A stretch of 64,000 nt of DNA, from positions 7,192,001-7,256,000 of the forward strand of contig OZ024745.1 in NCBI GenBank assembly GCA_964016885.1, written 5' to 3'. Within the stretch, counting starts at the first letter, position 1, and each line of letters starts with the position of its first letter. Made by a program: the position numbers and the translations under genes. This document shows, in pieces, positions 1-11,097 of the stretch. The notes under the pieces were generated by a model, which saw only the letters and a program-made list of their open reading frames with translations, searched no databases and was not told where the DNA came from. Source of the stretch: Eledone cirrhosa. Taxonomy: Eukaryota.

Positions 1-131
1 TATTAATCAAAAACACCACATGCAAGTCTGCACAGTAGACACTACAGTTTTTAAGCCAAGAAAGAAACTTAACATTGTAACTTTAACACAGCTACTGAGC
101 GACCCCGAGCAACGCCGGGCTTTACTGCTAG
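1..131 (+). mobile_element. 3' end of a Helitron-like element (5' part outside the window)
   Basis: GC-rich hairpin CCCG-a-GC-aac-GC-CGGG (104-119) followed 8 nt later by CTAG|T (128-132), the canonical Helitron 3' signature. Confidence 0.6.
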
Positions 132-142
132 TATATATATAT

Positions 143-331
143 AATTGTTTCTACTTTTGGCACAAGGCCAGCAATTATACCAGTGTATTACTGGTACTTT
201 ATTTTATCGACCCCGTAAGGATGAAAGGCAAAGTTAACCTCGGCGGGATTTGAACTCAGAATGGCAAGGGCCGTAACTCTATGCGTCAAAGCATGGCGTC
301 CGACTCTCTACCGATACTGCCAATCCACCAC
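143..331 (-). mobile_element. tRNA-derived SINE (family 1)
   Basis: Minus strand has A-box TGGCAGTATCGG and B-box GAGTTCAAATCCC. Highly similar copies at 20941, 28049, 43435 and 47260. Confidence 0.85.
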
Positions 332-446
332 AAATATATATATATAATAATATATATGTATGTACGCATGTATGTGTGCGTTTATGTATGTGTGTATGTA
401 TGTGTGCTTGTTTCGTTGGATTTGTTTATTTATTCCGTCTTCTTTT

Positions 447-482
<36 letters not shown>

Positions 483-1069
483 ATTATTATCATATTTACA
501 CATATATTTTTTCCTCCGTTGCCACCAGTCTGTTTCGTTCTTTGTGTCTTTACCCTTTCTAGCAGTCTCTCTCTCTCTGTTAGCCTCTTCCTCACCTTTC
601 ACTCACTCACTCTCTGTCACTACCTCTCCTCCTCCCCTTTCTTCCCGTTTGACCTGTCCGTAATCCTTTTCTCGCGGGCACTTGGCCAAGCTGGTATGAA
701 ATTTTTTTTCTCTCTCTCTCGTCTGCGACTTCACAGAACTTATGTTTACCGAATTCGCAGACCAGACCCCTTCTTCCTCCCGTTAGACCTGTGCGAAATT
801 CCTTCCTTGCTCACATTTCAACCAGGTTTGATGGTCTTTATTCTCTCGTTCACGATTCCACCGAATTTATATTCATAGAAATCTGGGACTTGTTCTTCTT
901 CCTCACTTTCTGTTGCTTAAACCATTTTGTTTGTTTACCCTAGCGTCCCCCTTATTTACGTGTCCCAACGACTTTTTTTTAGCCGTTGCTCGCACCAACC
1001 TGAGGTATATGGCCTTTAATGCGACGAAATGCCTACGACGGTTGGAAGGCCACTGATGAGGACAAACTT

Positions 1070-1110
<41 letters not shown>

Positions 1111-1300
1111 GGTTTGAGGTTCACCACTGTATAGAGCTGGTCTATTCCGTATGGTCAATCGTAATGCAATAATATAGAGAGTACTCAACGTAAGGCAGTT
1201 CAACCTTCTTTGTTTTTGTAGTTGGTGGTGTAATTACGGAGTTAAATATTATAATGAAATGACAGGAGGCTGGATTTGTGTAAATCCTTGAAAGGTTTAT

Positions 1301-1360
1301 TATACTATGATCATTTCAATGACCGGGTTCCGTATGAATCCGGTGTTATCATCAGGTATT
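1301..1360 (-). ncRNA. Minimal type I hammerhead ribozyme
   Basis: Minus strand reads TAC-CTGATGA-(stem II ACCGG/CCGGT)-GAAA-TGATC-ATA-GTA. Helix III ATGATCAT is palindromic; the cleavage triplet is AUA. Confidence 0.7.
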
Positions 1361-1755
1361 CGAAATATAATACGTGAATGTAATAGATAAAATCCATGGG
1401 GCTGAAAATCGAGGACCCGAGGGCGACCGCTATTCTGTTCCTTCAACCTCAGCCGGTCGCCCTGGAGTGACGTGGCTAAAGTTTATAGTATGCTACTACC
1501 GGTCAGATAAACGAAAACAGAAAGGGATGGGAACATAAGTTAGCGTCAATCTCATGACACACGGTAAAAGAAAGAAAGAAAGAAAGGAAGGAGAGAGAAG
1601 AAGGGGGAAGAAAGAAGAAGAGAAGCCAGGGTTAATGTCAGCTAAAAGAGGAAAGGCAACTACTACCGGTCAGATATAGGCAAGCAAGAGGGGGAAGGAA
1701 GATAAGTCTGCGGGAGGAAGACAGGAAGAGGGGAGAAGAGAAGGAAGAGAAGAGA

Positions 1756-2772
1756 GAAGTAGAAAAGTAAGGGTTGATGGCTACAAGAAGGAAGATAGAA
1801 AGAAAGAGGAAGAAAGGTCGATATTAATGTCAGACCACAGTCAGGCCAGGAGTGGCGCGAGAAAATTTTCACAGGGACCCGTATCTTAGCAGAGGTGAAT
1901 ATATTGGGAGTCAGTGTGTTACAGTGTTTAGACTTCTAGGATGAAGTTAAAAAAATTAATAATCAATATTCAATATTAAAGAGGTTAGAAAATTTAAAGT
2001 TCAACAGTTTAACATTTTATTATATAATAGTTCCGATTTGTTCTGTAATTTAAAGGTACTATGTGGCGGTTAAAACACCGGCCGCGCCCCGGGCCCCATG
2101 GCGAATTAAACTACGCCGAGTATTTTCATTTACCGAAAGAAGGGGAAATTTATTTTTCCAAGCACTCCAGGTAAGCTCTTGCGCCAGGGAGCTGGTCGCG
2201 CCGCCATTAAAACCCACCCAACAGTCCGACAGAAAGTTGGAACTCTAAAATTTTGCTTAGAGAAGTAGAAGAGTAATGGTTGATGGCTACAAGAAGGAAG
2301 ATAGAAAGAGAGAGGAAGGAAGGTCGATATTAATGTCACACCACAGTCGGGCCAGGAGTGGCGCGAGAAAATTTTCACAGAGACCCGTATCTTAGCAGAG
2401 ATGAATATATTGGGAGTCAGTGTGTTACAATGTTTAGACTTATAGGATGAAGTTAAAAAATTAATAATCAATATTCAATATTAAAGAGGTTAGAAAATTT
2501 AAAGTTCAACAGTTTAACATTTTCAGGTTGATATATCTAATAGTTCCGATTTGTTCTGTAATTTAAAGGTACTATGTGGCGGTTAAAACACCGGCCGCGC
2601 CCCGGGCCCCATGGCGAATTAAGCCACGCCGAGTATTTTCATTTACCGAAAGAAGGGGAAATATAATTTCACAAGCACTCCAGGTAAGCTCGTGCGCCAG
2701 GGAGCTGGTCGTGCCGCCATTAAAACCCACCCAACAGTCCGACAGAAAGTTGGAACTTTAAAATTTTGCTTA
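1756..2772. repeat. Tandem duplication of a ~510-bp unit
   Basis: 1756-2259 is closely similar to 2260-2772. The duplicated ORFs 2063-2248 and 2576-2761 reflect this. Confidence 0.85.
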
Positions 2773-3245
2773 ACTCTATCGGATGAAGTTGAAAGAATTC
2801 AGAATAACATTATAAAACTAAGGAGTAAGAAGATTGAGAATTGAACAAACAGAAAATTGAAGATTAAACATTCAAATAACTTCTATGAGGTTTTGGGTTG
2901 CGGGGTTTAATTAAATAGAGACTTTTATGAAGAAACGTTAATTGTATTATGTAGATCTGTAATTTATCCTAGTGGGATGTAGAGTACGGGATATAGTCGT
3001 GTTTAATTTTTGTTCTCAGGAGGAGACATTCTAGTGTCGTGTGCTAATGGGTACAGGTCCCAATGTGAGGAGTAGAAATACATGTATACATAGAAGTGGA
3101 ATACGTGGAAGAGCACATTGGTACAGCAAAGGTATAAATATATAAACATATCAATATATAGGTATAAATATGTAAATAAACCAACAAGTGTCCTCGATTT
3201 TCAGCCCCATGGATTTTATCTATTACATTCACGTATTATATTTCG

Positions 3246-3305
3246 AATACCTGATGATATCACCGGATTCATACGGAACCCGGTCATTGAAATGATCATA
3301 GTATA
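3246..3305 (+). ncRNA. Minimal type I hammerhead ribozyme
   Basis: TAC/GTA helix I, CTGATGA at 3251, stem II ACCGG...CCGGT, GAAA at 3289, palindromic ATGATCAT helix III, followed by AATAAA. Confidence 0.7.
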
Positions 3306-3402
3306 ATAAACCTTTCAAGGATTTACACAAATCCAGCCTCCTGTCATTTCATTATAATTATATATATATATAGAGAACAGTCAGGAACTAGAGAAAAACA
3401 CA

Positions 3403-4362
3403 ATGGAAAGCATCCAGCAAATAGCAAACTCCATCCACCAGAGCATTAGAGTTACTATAGACTACCCAAGTAAACACCCCAACCATCGATTACCTGTACT
3501 AGACACAGAGCTCTGGTTAGATACCATTAACAACAAAAAACAAATCCTCCATTCCCTTTATGCCAAACCCATAACTTCCAAACATCTGATCCACCGAAAC
3601 TCGGCCATTTCGGACCATACCAAAATCAACATACTGATTGCGGATTTGGTACGGGTGATGAGAAACGTGTCCCGCATGTGCAACCCCGAAGAACTAGAGA
3701 GACACATACAACACTTCATCCACCGTATGCAGTTCTCTGGCTACAATCAGAGAGATAAAATCAGAGTGTATAGAGGAGCCAGAACCAAATGGGAAAAAAT
3801 GGGAAATAATGACATAAATGGGACCTGCCCCTTGTATAGGAGCAAATTTTGGAATAGAATAGAAAGAACTAGGAACAAGGCTAATAGAATAAACTCATGG
3901 TATGATAGCAATAAATACCAGAGTGTAATGTTCATCGATACAACCCCTAGAGGTGAATTAGCTTACAAATTTAGAAGGGCCCTAAATAAACATAAACTCA
4001 AAATTAAGATAGTAGAAAGACCAGGTACCTCCGTAAAAACACTTATTAGCAAGACATACCCTTTTCAAAGACCCTCATGTATAGATAAGAAATGTATAAC
4101 CTGTAAAATAAGCCCCCATATTAACTGTAAAACTAGAAATGTAGTGTATAGCATAAGATGTACTGAAGGACAATGTAGAGACAAAAATATAGTGTACATA
4201 GGTGAGACAGCTCGTAGTGTAGGGGAACGGATAAATGAACACTGGCGAGACCTTCAAGATAGTAAAGAATCATCTGTACTCTACCAACATGCTAAAATAG
4301 AACACAATAGAGAACATAGAAATAAAAATAGAATCTACACACAGAAAAGACGCAATGTTTAG
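3403..4362 (+). pseudogene. Penelope-like RT C-terminus plus GIY-YIG endonuclease (5'-truncated, C-terminus disrupted)
   Basis: LPVLD RT-thumb motif, Cys-rich linker CIDKKCITC..C, and GIY-YIG motif VVYSIRC...YIGETARSVGERINEH. Paralogous to ORF 48057-48560. Confidence 0.85.
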
Positions 4363-4654
4363 ACAAATTACAGAGGCAATAAACATAAAAGAATTACAAC
4401 CAAAATTAAATAGAAAATATGAGTGGAACAGCAACATCACAACTTACAATTAAGGACAAAATGAAAACACACACACACATAGAACAAACAACCAACCAGT
4501 AACATGTAAATAAACAAATAAATAAATGAACATAAACACACACAGACACCCGGATGTGGCGCATGCGCAGACTGAGCACACAACACACACACAGAAACAA
4601 AATGGCGTAGGACAGAACAAAGGAGAGGCACAGAAACAAAGAAAAGAATCCCCA

Positions 4655-4697
4655 GTCACTGAAGAGGTTATAGAGTGTGTGACGAAAGAACTATGAC
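4655..4697 (+). ncRNA. Minimal hammerhead ribozyme in a PLE pLTR
   Basis: GTCA-CTGAAGA-G-GTTA...TGAC-GAAA-GAA-CTA-TGAC. Helix I is GTCA/TGAC; the triplet is CUA. Confidence 0.7.
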
Positions 4698-4842
4698 AAT
4701 ATATAAACAACTATCTGGTTGTGGAACCAACCAACCAGAAATCTATAAATTTATAAATTTATTATAAATTTATTATAATAAATTGAAGTGACAGCAACTG
4801 GTGCGTGTGTTTCTTATTGGCAACATGACCCTCCCAAAGTAT

Positions 4843-4886
<44 letters not shown>

Positions 4887-5070
4887 CAATCTCAATTCAA
4901 ATAAAGTCAAGACAGAAATTTTATCCACAGATTTTGTGTAATCCGGGGGAAAAAACCAATAGAATCTTAACTCAGAATAAAATTAAGAGTAAATACTTAT
5001 CTATATAGCCTTAAAAAGACTATTTCACGAAACTTTTCAGTGGGGTTAGTCACGGTTGGAATCGTTAATC

Positions 5071-5130
<60 letters not shown>

Positions 5131-5149
5131 GATGCATTGCCAACTGCTG

Positions 5150-5690
5150 AAAAACTGTAGGGCCATTGATGGTGTCTCAATGTATTCCACCTTCGTAGTC
5201 TGAAACACATTTTGGATATCAAGTGGATCGACCGAGTCACTGAAGTCCTTAACCGCGCTAAGATACCCAGCATATACACCCTGCTCAAACAGCTGGCTCA
5301 GTCACTCATTGTATGCCGGATGGGAGGATCCCAAAAGACCTACTGTATGGGAAACTGGCCTCAACAGAGATATGAAGTCAATAGATTTGGACAGTCAGAG
5401 ACAGGAGGAGGTCGCTAATGATCTCCCACGATTGAGACGAGTTCTATGCAAGGGGATAGAACGAGGAGAAGAGAAACTGAAACTTGCCTCCGAGGTAAAA
5501 CGTACTCGAAAAAAGGACAACACAGTAGCACCAGAGGAGAGCATCTTCAAATGCAACTGTTTTATAAGGACTGCCACTCCCGTGTGGGTCTGTACAACCA
5601 CAGCAGACACTGCACCGCCACCAGCAGCCGACACAAAATTCTCCAGGGGCGGATTCATGGTGTTTCGAGACCAACGGATGTCAATAATAA
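5150..5690 (+). mobile_element. Old RTE-clade LINE 3' fragment
   Basis: Broken frames give FHLRSLKHILDIKWIDRVTEVLNRAKIPSIYTLLKQ and a C-terminal Zn-finger-like DCHSRVGLYNHSRHC. Confidence 0.7.
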
Positions 5691-5989
5691 TATATATAAT
5701 CGTTATCATCATTTGGATATGATGCAGTTTTGAGAAAGCATGTTAGCTGCAACCCTGGTAGCTGAGGTTTGTATTGTAGAGAGAGGGCTGCGGTTGTGAA
5801 GGTCGGTTCACGAGTGACAACTTATGTATTTCATGTAGACAAATGTCTGACAGATTGGAAAGGCTTGCAGTAATCTTTTTTCCTTCACTGTTCACTGATG
5901 TTACCTAACATCTTGTCTGCGTGGTTGATGACATTTAGGAGGGTCTCGTACCAACTAATATGATCCTTAATTAAGAATTTCCAGCTGTC

Positions 5990-6730
5990 AGAGGTGAGAT
6001 ATTTTAGATGTTCAGATCTTTCTTGCAAGCATCGTCGGCGTTTTTGTATCTTCCAGCTAACCTGGTGCCATTTGCTAGACGTCCAGACAGAATGTCTTCC
6101 AACTAACCTGGTGGCATTTGCCAGATGCCCAGACAGAATGTCCTACAGCAACTTGCGCTCTCCATCCACCGAACATATCCCAGCTATTGAAGGCGGTGTT
6201 ACCTCAACATGGAGTGCATGATGGAGATGCTGGCACACTATAAGATTTCACTGTGACAACTACAGATCTGGCAAGAGATTCTCAGAATACACATGAGGCA
6301 CGGTACGTGGAAGGCGTTTAATTGATGGTCTTGTCTCATATAAGTGTTCCATGCTTCGCTACCATGGAGTAGGATGCTGAGAATACAGACATTGTAGATT
6401 CCGATCTTGGTGTGCATCGCCAGTGAGTCAACTTTACATCCGTCACGGTTCATTATAATAAAGTACCTTAAAATACGGCTTCAAGTGTAATGTTGTCAAT
6501 TGTATTGGAGAGTAGGATATTGACATACTGGATGGGCAGCCCAAACTAGTTGCTGGTGTCAGTAAAGTGGTTTACTAATCTCCGGAGGGCATCCTCAGAG
6601 TTGGAAACGAGATCCGTATCATCAGCAAATAAAGTCTCCCTGATCTTATTTGTCCTTATCTTGGTCCTTCGTTGCATGCAATCCGGGTTAACAGGTTTCT
6701 CGTCAGAACTGGTATAGAGGTTGAGGCCGT
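5990..6730 (-). mobile_element. Old RTE-clade LINE RT fragment
   Basis: IRETLFADDTDLVSNSEDALRRLVNHF (FADD motif) and TKIGIYNVCILSILLHGSEAW, in separate broken ORFs. Confidence 0.75.
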
Positions 6731-7020
6731 ACATACACGCACAAATACACACACATACAAACACACACACACGCACACATATACGTAGCTTAGAGATTAG
6801 GAGTTATTTACACTGTTAATGATGTCATTTGTTCATACTGAACATCTCTGCAATTATATCCTAGAAATAAATTATAAGAAATATCACATCGTTAATCACT
6901 TCCACGTTTCAGTAATCAACATAAACTATAGGGTTTCTCTTATGCAAACCATAAATTTATCAAAACACAAATTTCCATGTTTGTATAATTATGTATCCAA
7001 TAATCGTGGTACACATGGCT

Positions 7021-7043
7021 TTATTGACGGCACCGGTCCACTA

Positions 7044-7044
<1 letters not shown>
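7021..7044 (+). mobile_element. Helitron-like 3' end (partial)
   Basis: TTATTGACGGCACCGGTCCACTAG|T, matching the minus-strand element at 7903-7946. Confidence 0.45.
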
Positions 7045-7084
<40 letters not shown>

Positions 7085-7087
<3 letters not shown>

Positions 7088-7885
7088 CTTCATGGAATAC
7101 CCACACGCAGAAATTGACCAGTCACCAATCCACTAAACATCTTCGGAATTTACCAACTTTTCAACCATCCTCTTACGTAACCACCTATATAACTCACCCA
7201 CACACACACCCCAAAAAATGTTGTTTTCTCCACACGCCACTTACACCCACAACACGCTTAAACCCCACACACGTGCTTTCCACCACATATCTACACCCTC
7301 AGCCTCCTGATTCCTCTCCCCCCCACCCCTCTATCCACACACGCACAGACACTCCGACCCACAAACTCCCCCCCACACACACACACACCTCTTCCTGAAC
7401 ATGCAATCCCGTTCTTCCCCCAACCCTTACTTTCACATACACACACACACACACGCACACCTACACACACACACCACCTTCAGCCCTCCCCGCTCGGACA
7501 CCCCGTCTCCCTCTCCCCACTCCACCCGCCACCACCTCTACACACCCCACACCCTTCCACCACCTGTTTAACCCCTTTTAATTTCAGTTTATTCTGATCA
7601 TGCCTTTATTTTTAAATTTATCTCATTCCTTGTATTTTGATCATGCTTTATTTTTATTTTTATCTTTATTTTTTATTTTTTCATTCGCACCGTTTCCTTT
7701 CGCTATATGTCTCTCCACCACTCCCCTACACACCCTTTGAACTCTGTTCCCACACACTTCCCACCTGAGGAAGGGCTTATGCCCGAAACGTCGTCCCCCA
7801 CCAACACCCCACTCTCCAGAGCGTGAAATTAATAAACATTTGTTGTACTGCCTCTCTGTTTTGTCCCTGTTCAAATTTTTCCATT
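7085..7885 (+). mobile_element. Degenerate PLE-like 3' remnant with a hammerhead-like core
   Basis: Lies between (TA)n tracts. CTGAGGA-A-GGGC-TTAT-GCCC-GAAAC-GTCGTC at 7765-7795 is followed by AATAAA, but helix I cannot form. Confidence 0.45.
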
Positions 7886-7902
7886 ATATATATATATAAA
7901 CA

Positions 7903-7946
7903 CTAGTAGAACGGTGCCGTCAATAATGACGGCATATATAAATAGA
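7903..7946 (-). mobile_element. 44-bp minimal Helitron-like element
   Basis: Minus strand reads A|TCTATTTATATATGCCGTCA-TTAT-TGACGGCACCGTTCTACTAG|T: 5' TC, 8-bp hairpin, 3' CTAG, inserted at an AT target. Confidence 0.5.
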
Positions 7947-7959
7947 TATATATATTTTT

Positions 7960-9055
7960 TAACTTACAATTTCTCACTGGGATTGATGAGTTAATATCTG
8001 TATACAACAACTACAACGGTACGCGATGGGGCCCACCCACAGCCCCGGCGGACAGAATGGAGAAGGCATTTCCTCGGAGGACGGCAAGGGAGACGCGCTG
8101 GAAAAGCCACTCCAACTCGCCGGGCTCACACCTGCGGCTGGCCAGCTCACTGCCTATGGTAGTGAGTAAGGAGGTAGCCCTGGGGCCGAGGACACCAGAA
8201 GTCTCCACTGCCAGGGGTACGACCGCAAACCTGTCGGAAAGCGACCGGTATTTGGGGAGTTTGGCCCCCTCAGCCCGACGTGCAGCAGAACCTGGGTCAG
8301 TCGCAGACTGCACCAGGTTGCGGCTGCAGAAAGTGTCGGTGCAAGTGGCATCCCAGACGAGGGGTTTGCCACTGCAGAACGGGAAGATGGCCTTTTGCCG
8401 TCCCCTCGATCTAGCCCCACCGGCTCGAGCTGGGAAGGGAAGCCTGCAGCGTCCAAGCCATGCTTAATGACATCGTTGAGGGCAGCATGCCGTGGAATGC
8501 GGCCGGCACTGTGGCGACAGGAAAGTGGGTGGAGGCCGAAAGAGTCCACGGTGGAATCGCAGCGACATTGGTGTGGCTCGCAGATCCGGAGGTCGAGCCT
8601 CAGGGAAACGCCGATTCGCAGGCTATGGTTGTCTAGCTGCGTGCCTGTGGAGAAGGAGGGCTGGGTATGGAGCCAGGCACCACTGTGGAGTTTGGAGGCC
8701 GCACGAAAACAAGCAAGTCGGTGCTGGTCGAGCGGGTGCGTGAGCCTGTCTGAGGCCAGGCTGCACTAGATGGCATCCCAAGTGCGTTGGGGGGACTTGA
8801 CGTCAACAGGGGGAGAAGGAGGAGGGACGTCTACTGGGCTAAGTCCCAGGTCTCACAGGCGGCCTCACGTTCTCTGAACACAGAGGGTTCTGTTGTGTCT
8901 TGAAGAACCCCGCTGACACGAGGTTATCGACGAAAAATACGCCGGCAAAGCTAATGAGATCGGGGACCGGAGGCGAAGGCCGCCATCCCTGACAGGTAAA
9001 GTGGCCTGTTGCCATCCAAAGAAGGTCGCTTGACCACGTCTTGACCAAACAAAAT
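7960..9055 (-). mobile_element. CRE-clade (restriction-like endonuclease) non-LTR retrotransposon 3' fragment, frameshifted
   Basis: GC-rich island. Contains WQQATLPVRDGGL (RT C-terminus), CCHC-type CRC..HPLSC, RHAALND, GKRP..WDATC and VPLAVETSGVLGP...FQRVSLAVLRGNA motifs typical of CRE-like RLE domains. Confidence 0.8.
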
Positions 9056-9655
9056 ATAATATTTTCACCAAAAACTGCCCTTTAAACACATGTCAGATGG
9101 ATTACAATATTCATTATTACAATTACTTTGACTGTTCCCTGACAACTAGTACCAGTTTCAAGATAGAATTATCTTAACGAAGTATATATAATTTGACTTG
9201 ATTTTCGCCAACAAACCACGTGTGGACATGGACGGGGAAAAAGGAAAAAAACAAAACAAATCACTACATCCCTTAAGGATCGCAGTAAGTACTCCACAAA
9301 ACATATAAACAACAATATACACACAGATTTATATACAGATATATACCATATGCATATACACACACGTGAAAAGAAACCACACTATTTCGTGTGAGGCACT
9401 ATACCGGCCAATCTATACCGGCCAATTTTACCAATTTACATTGGTAAAATATTTCTGAACATTGACTTCGCTTCTAACCCACATACACCTTTTAATTATA
9501 TATATATACTAGCAGCTGAAAGTTAATAATTTGAAAAAAATATTATTGAAAGTTTATTATAAAGAAACAGTATCAGGGGAAAATAACGTTATTTCGCTGT
9601 TAATAAACAATTGCCTTCTACAGTACGTTTCATTTAACTTACGCAGCATATTTAT

Positions 9656-11041
9656 TTGTTTACATGCACAGACTCTTCTGTACACACACAACATTTAGGA
9701 AAACGGAAACAAAATACACAAAAAAACAAAAAAAAAAACAGACATTTTATTTCTATCGTAATCAAGTGCGCTAAACCTATATTGTTTACATTCTGTGTTT
9801 TTCTACGGATGGGCAGAAATAACAAAATTGCCATGGTGATATCCATCGATGAAGTATGCGACAAAACTGGTCGATGTTCCAAAATAGAACATTGCCCAGA
9901 AGATCACACCTGCCATATCTGTACGGAACCCGAAAACTCGTTCCGTAATCGTTGGGTCGAATGTGGAACCTGTCGCATCTCTGTCTGCCTTCAATGCGCC
10001 ACAGGCTTCCGGAAGATCCCAGGCCAAAATAAGAAACATCACATTGCTACGATGGATAGACTCTGGGAGATGGTCCAGCTAACAAACTGGTCCTTTCCGT
10101 GCCTGGACTGTATGCCTGCTTCTCCCATTGCTGCGGAACAACAACAACAAAGACCGAAGATCGTGTCTTCTACCATTGTTCCCGAACAACAACAACAAAA
10201 ACCGAGGATCGTGTCTTCCTCTACCATTGTTCCTGAACAACAGCAAAAACCAACGACCGTAGCTTCTGCTACTACCCCCGTTGAAGGATTTCATCAACAA
10301 CAGCAACCCATGTCTTCCTCACCCGTTACTTTTCAACAACAACAACCGACGACTGTGTCTCCTACCATGCCTGTTGAAGGAGAAGAACAACAACAAAAAC
10401 CGACCGTCAATACGGAGTTTGAGGAAATACGGCAAATGATTTCCGCTTTAAGTCAAGAAATAGCGGAAATAAAATCAAGCGTTCGTGTAGAACCCCACAA
10501 TGAGGGATCTTACCGGAGTGCCTTGTTAAAAAATCTCCGCGTACCTCATGTTGAACCTAGACGCATTGAGAATGCCACTGAATCTGCAAACCACGAAGTG
10601 ATCGCCATTGGTGTGCCGGAAGACATAGTTGATCTTCAGGCATTTGCTGCCAGTTCATCCAAAGACTTGGGCTGTGCTCCCGCAAAGGGTGCTCTACGCC
10701 TTGGCCAACCAGGCCCGAAACCCAGGTTAATTAGACTGTCGTTTTCAAACTCAACTGAGGCACGTTCATACCTTGTAGCTTCTGATAAAGCTAGGCGTGA
10801 AAGTCGGATTGCTTTCCGAACACGCCCTGGTCTTCCACCCGATGTCCGCCCAAAGTTGCGTGCTGCAGCTTCCCTAAACCGCAGCTCGGCAGAACATGAA
10901 AGCTTCAGCCTACGAAATGATGGGCAGATATGGAAGTTTGTTAAGGCTGGCGAATCATGGAAAAGAGACACCAGCTGGTCTGAAAACACTGTACCCACAA
11001 CAACTGACAATAAAGAAACTGAAAAAACTCTGGGAAACTAA
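9656..11041 (+). CDS. LINE ORF1 protein: PHD-like finger, Q/P/T-rich repeats, coiled coil, RRM-like C-terminus
   Basis: Open 461-aa frame (first ATG about 9809). Motifs CHIC...WVECGTC...CLQC...FPCLDC, EEIRQMISALSQEIAEIK and VIAIGVPE...RLGQPGPKPRLIRLSF. Confidence 0.8.
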   Translation: MFTCTDSSVHTQHLGKRKQNTQKNKKKNRHFISIVIKCAKPILFTFCVFLRMGRNNKIAMVISIDEVCDKTGRCSKIEHCPEDHTCHICTEPENSFRNRWVECGTCRISVCLQCATGFRKIPGQNKKHHIATMDRLWEMVQLTNWSFPCLDCMPASPIAAEQQQQRPKIVSSTIVPEQQQQKPRIVSSSTIVPEQQQKPTTVASATTPVEGFHQQQQPMSSSPVTFQQQQPTTVSPTMPVEGEEQQQKPTVNTEFEEIRQMISALSQEIAEIKSSVRVEPHNEGSYRSALLKNLRVPHVEPRRIENATESANHEVIAIGVPEDIVDLQAFAASSSKDLGCAPAKGALRLGQPGPKPRLIRLSFSNSTEARSYLVASDKARRESRIAFRTRPGLPPDVRPKLRAAASLNRSSAEHESFSLRNDGQIWKFVKAGESWKRDTSWSENTVPTTTDNKETEKTLGN

Positions 11042-11097
11042 ATCAGAACAACCTGCCATCCCCTGCATATAATCATAGACTGGAATCAAGGTACACA

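Larger units (their letters stand above)
1248..3358. mobile_element. Penelope-like remnant bounded by 169-bp inverted repeats, each carrying a hammerhead motif
   Basis: 1248-1416 is the near-perfect reverse complement of 3190-3358. Each arm contains CTGATGA...GAAATGATCATA. The interior is degenerate with an internal ~510-bp duplication. Confidence 0.6.
3371..4850 (+). mobile_element. 5'-truncated Penelope-like element with 3' pseudo-LTR
   Basis: Flanked by (TA)n on both sides. Contains an RT-thumb plus GIY-YIG ORF, and a pLTR (about 4600-4850) that matches 21406-21900. Confidence 0.85.

Noticed and set aside
281-878. ORFs rich in YI/CV/HT dipeptides, here and throughout the window
   Set aside because: These are translations of (TA)n, (TG)n and (CA)n microsatellites.
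995-1066. Hammerhead-like pieces (CCAAC-CTGAGG...GAAA...GTTGG and a CTGATGAGGAC)
   Set aside because: The core and helices II and III cannot be completed. At most this is a heavily decayed remnant.
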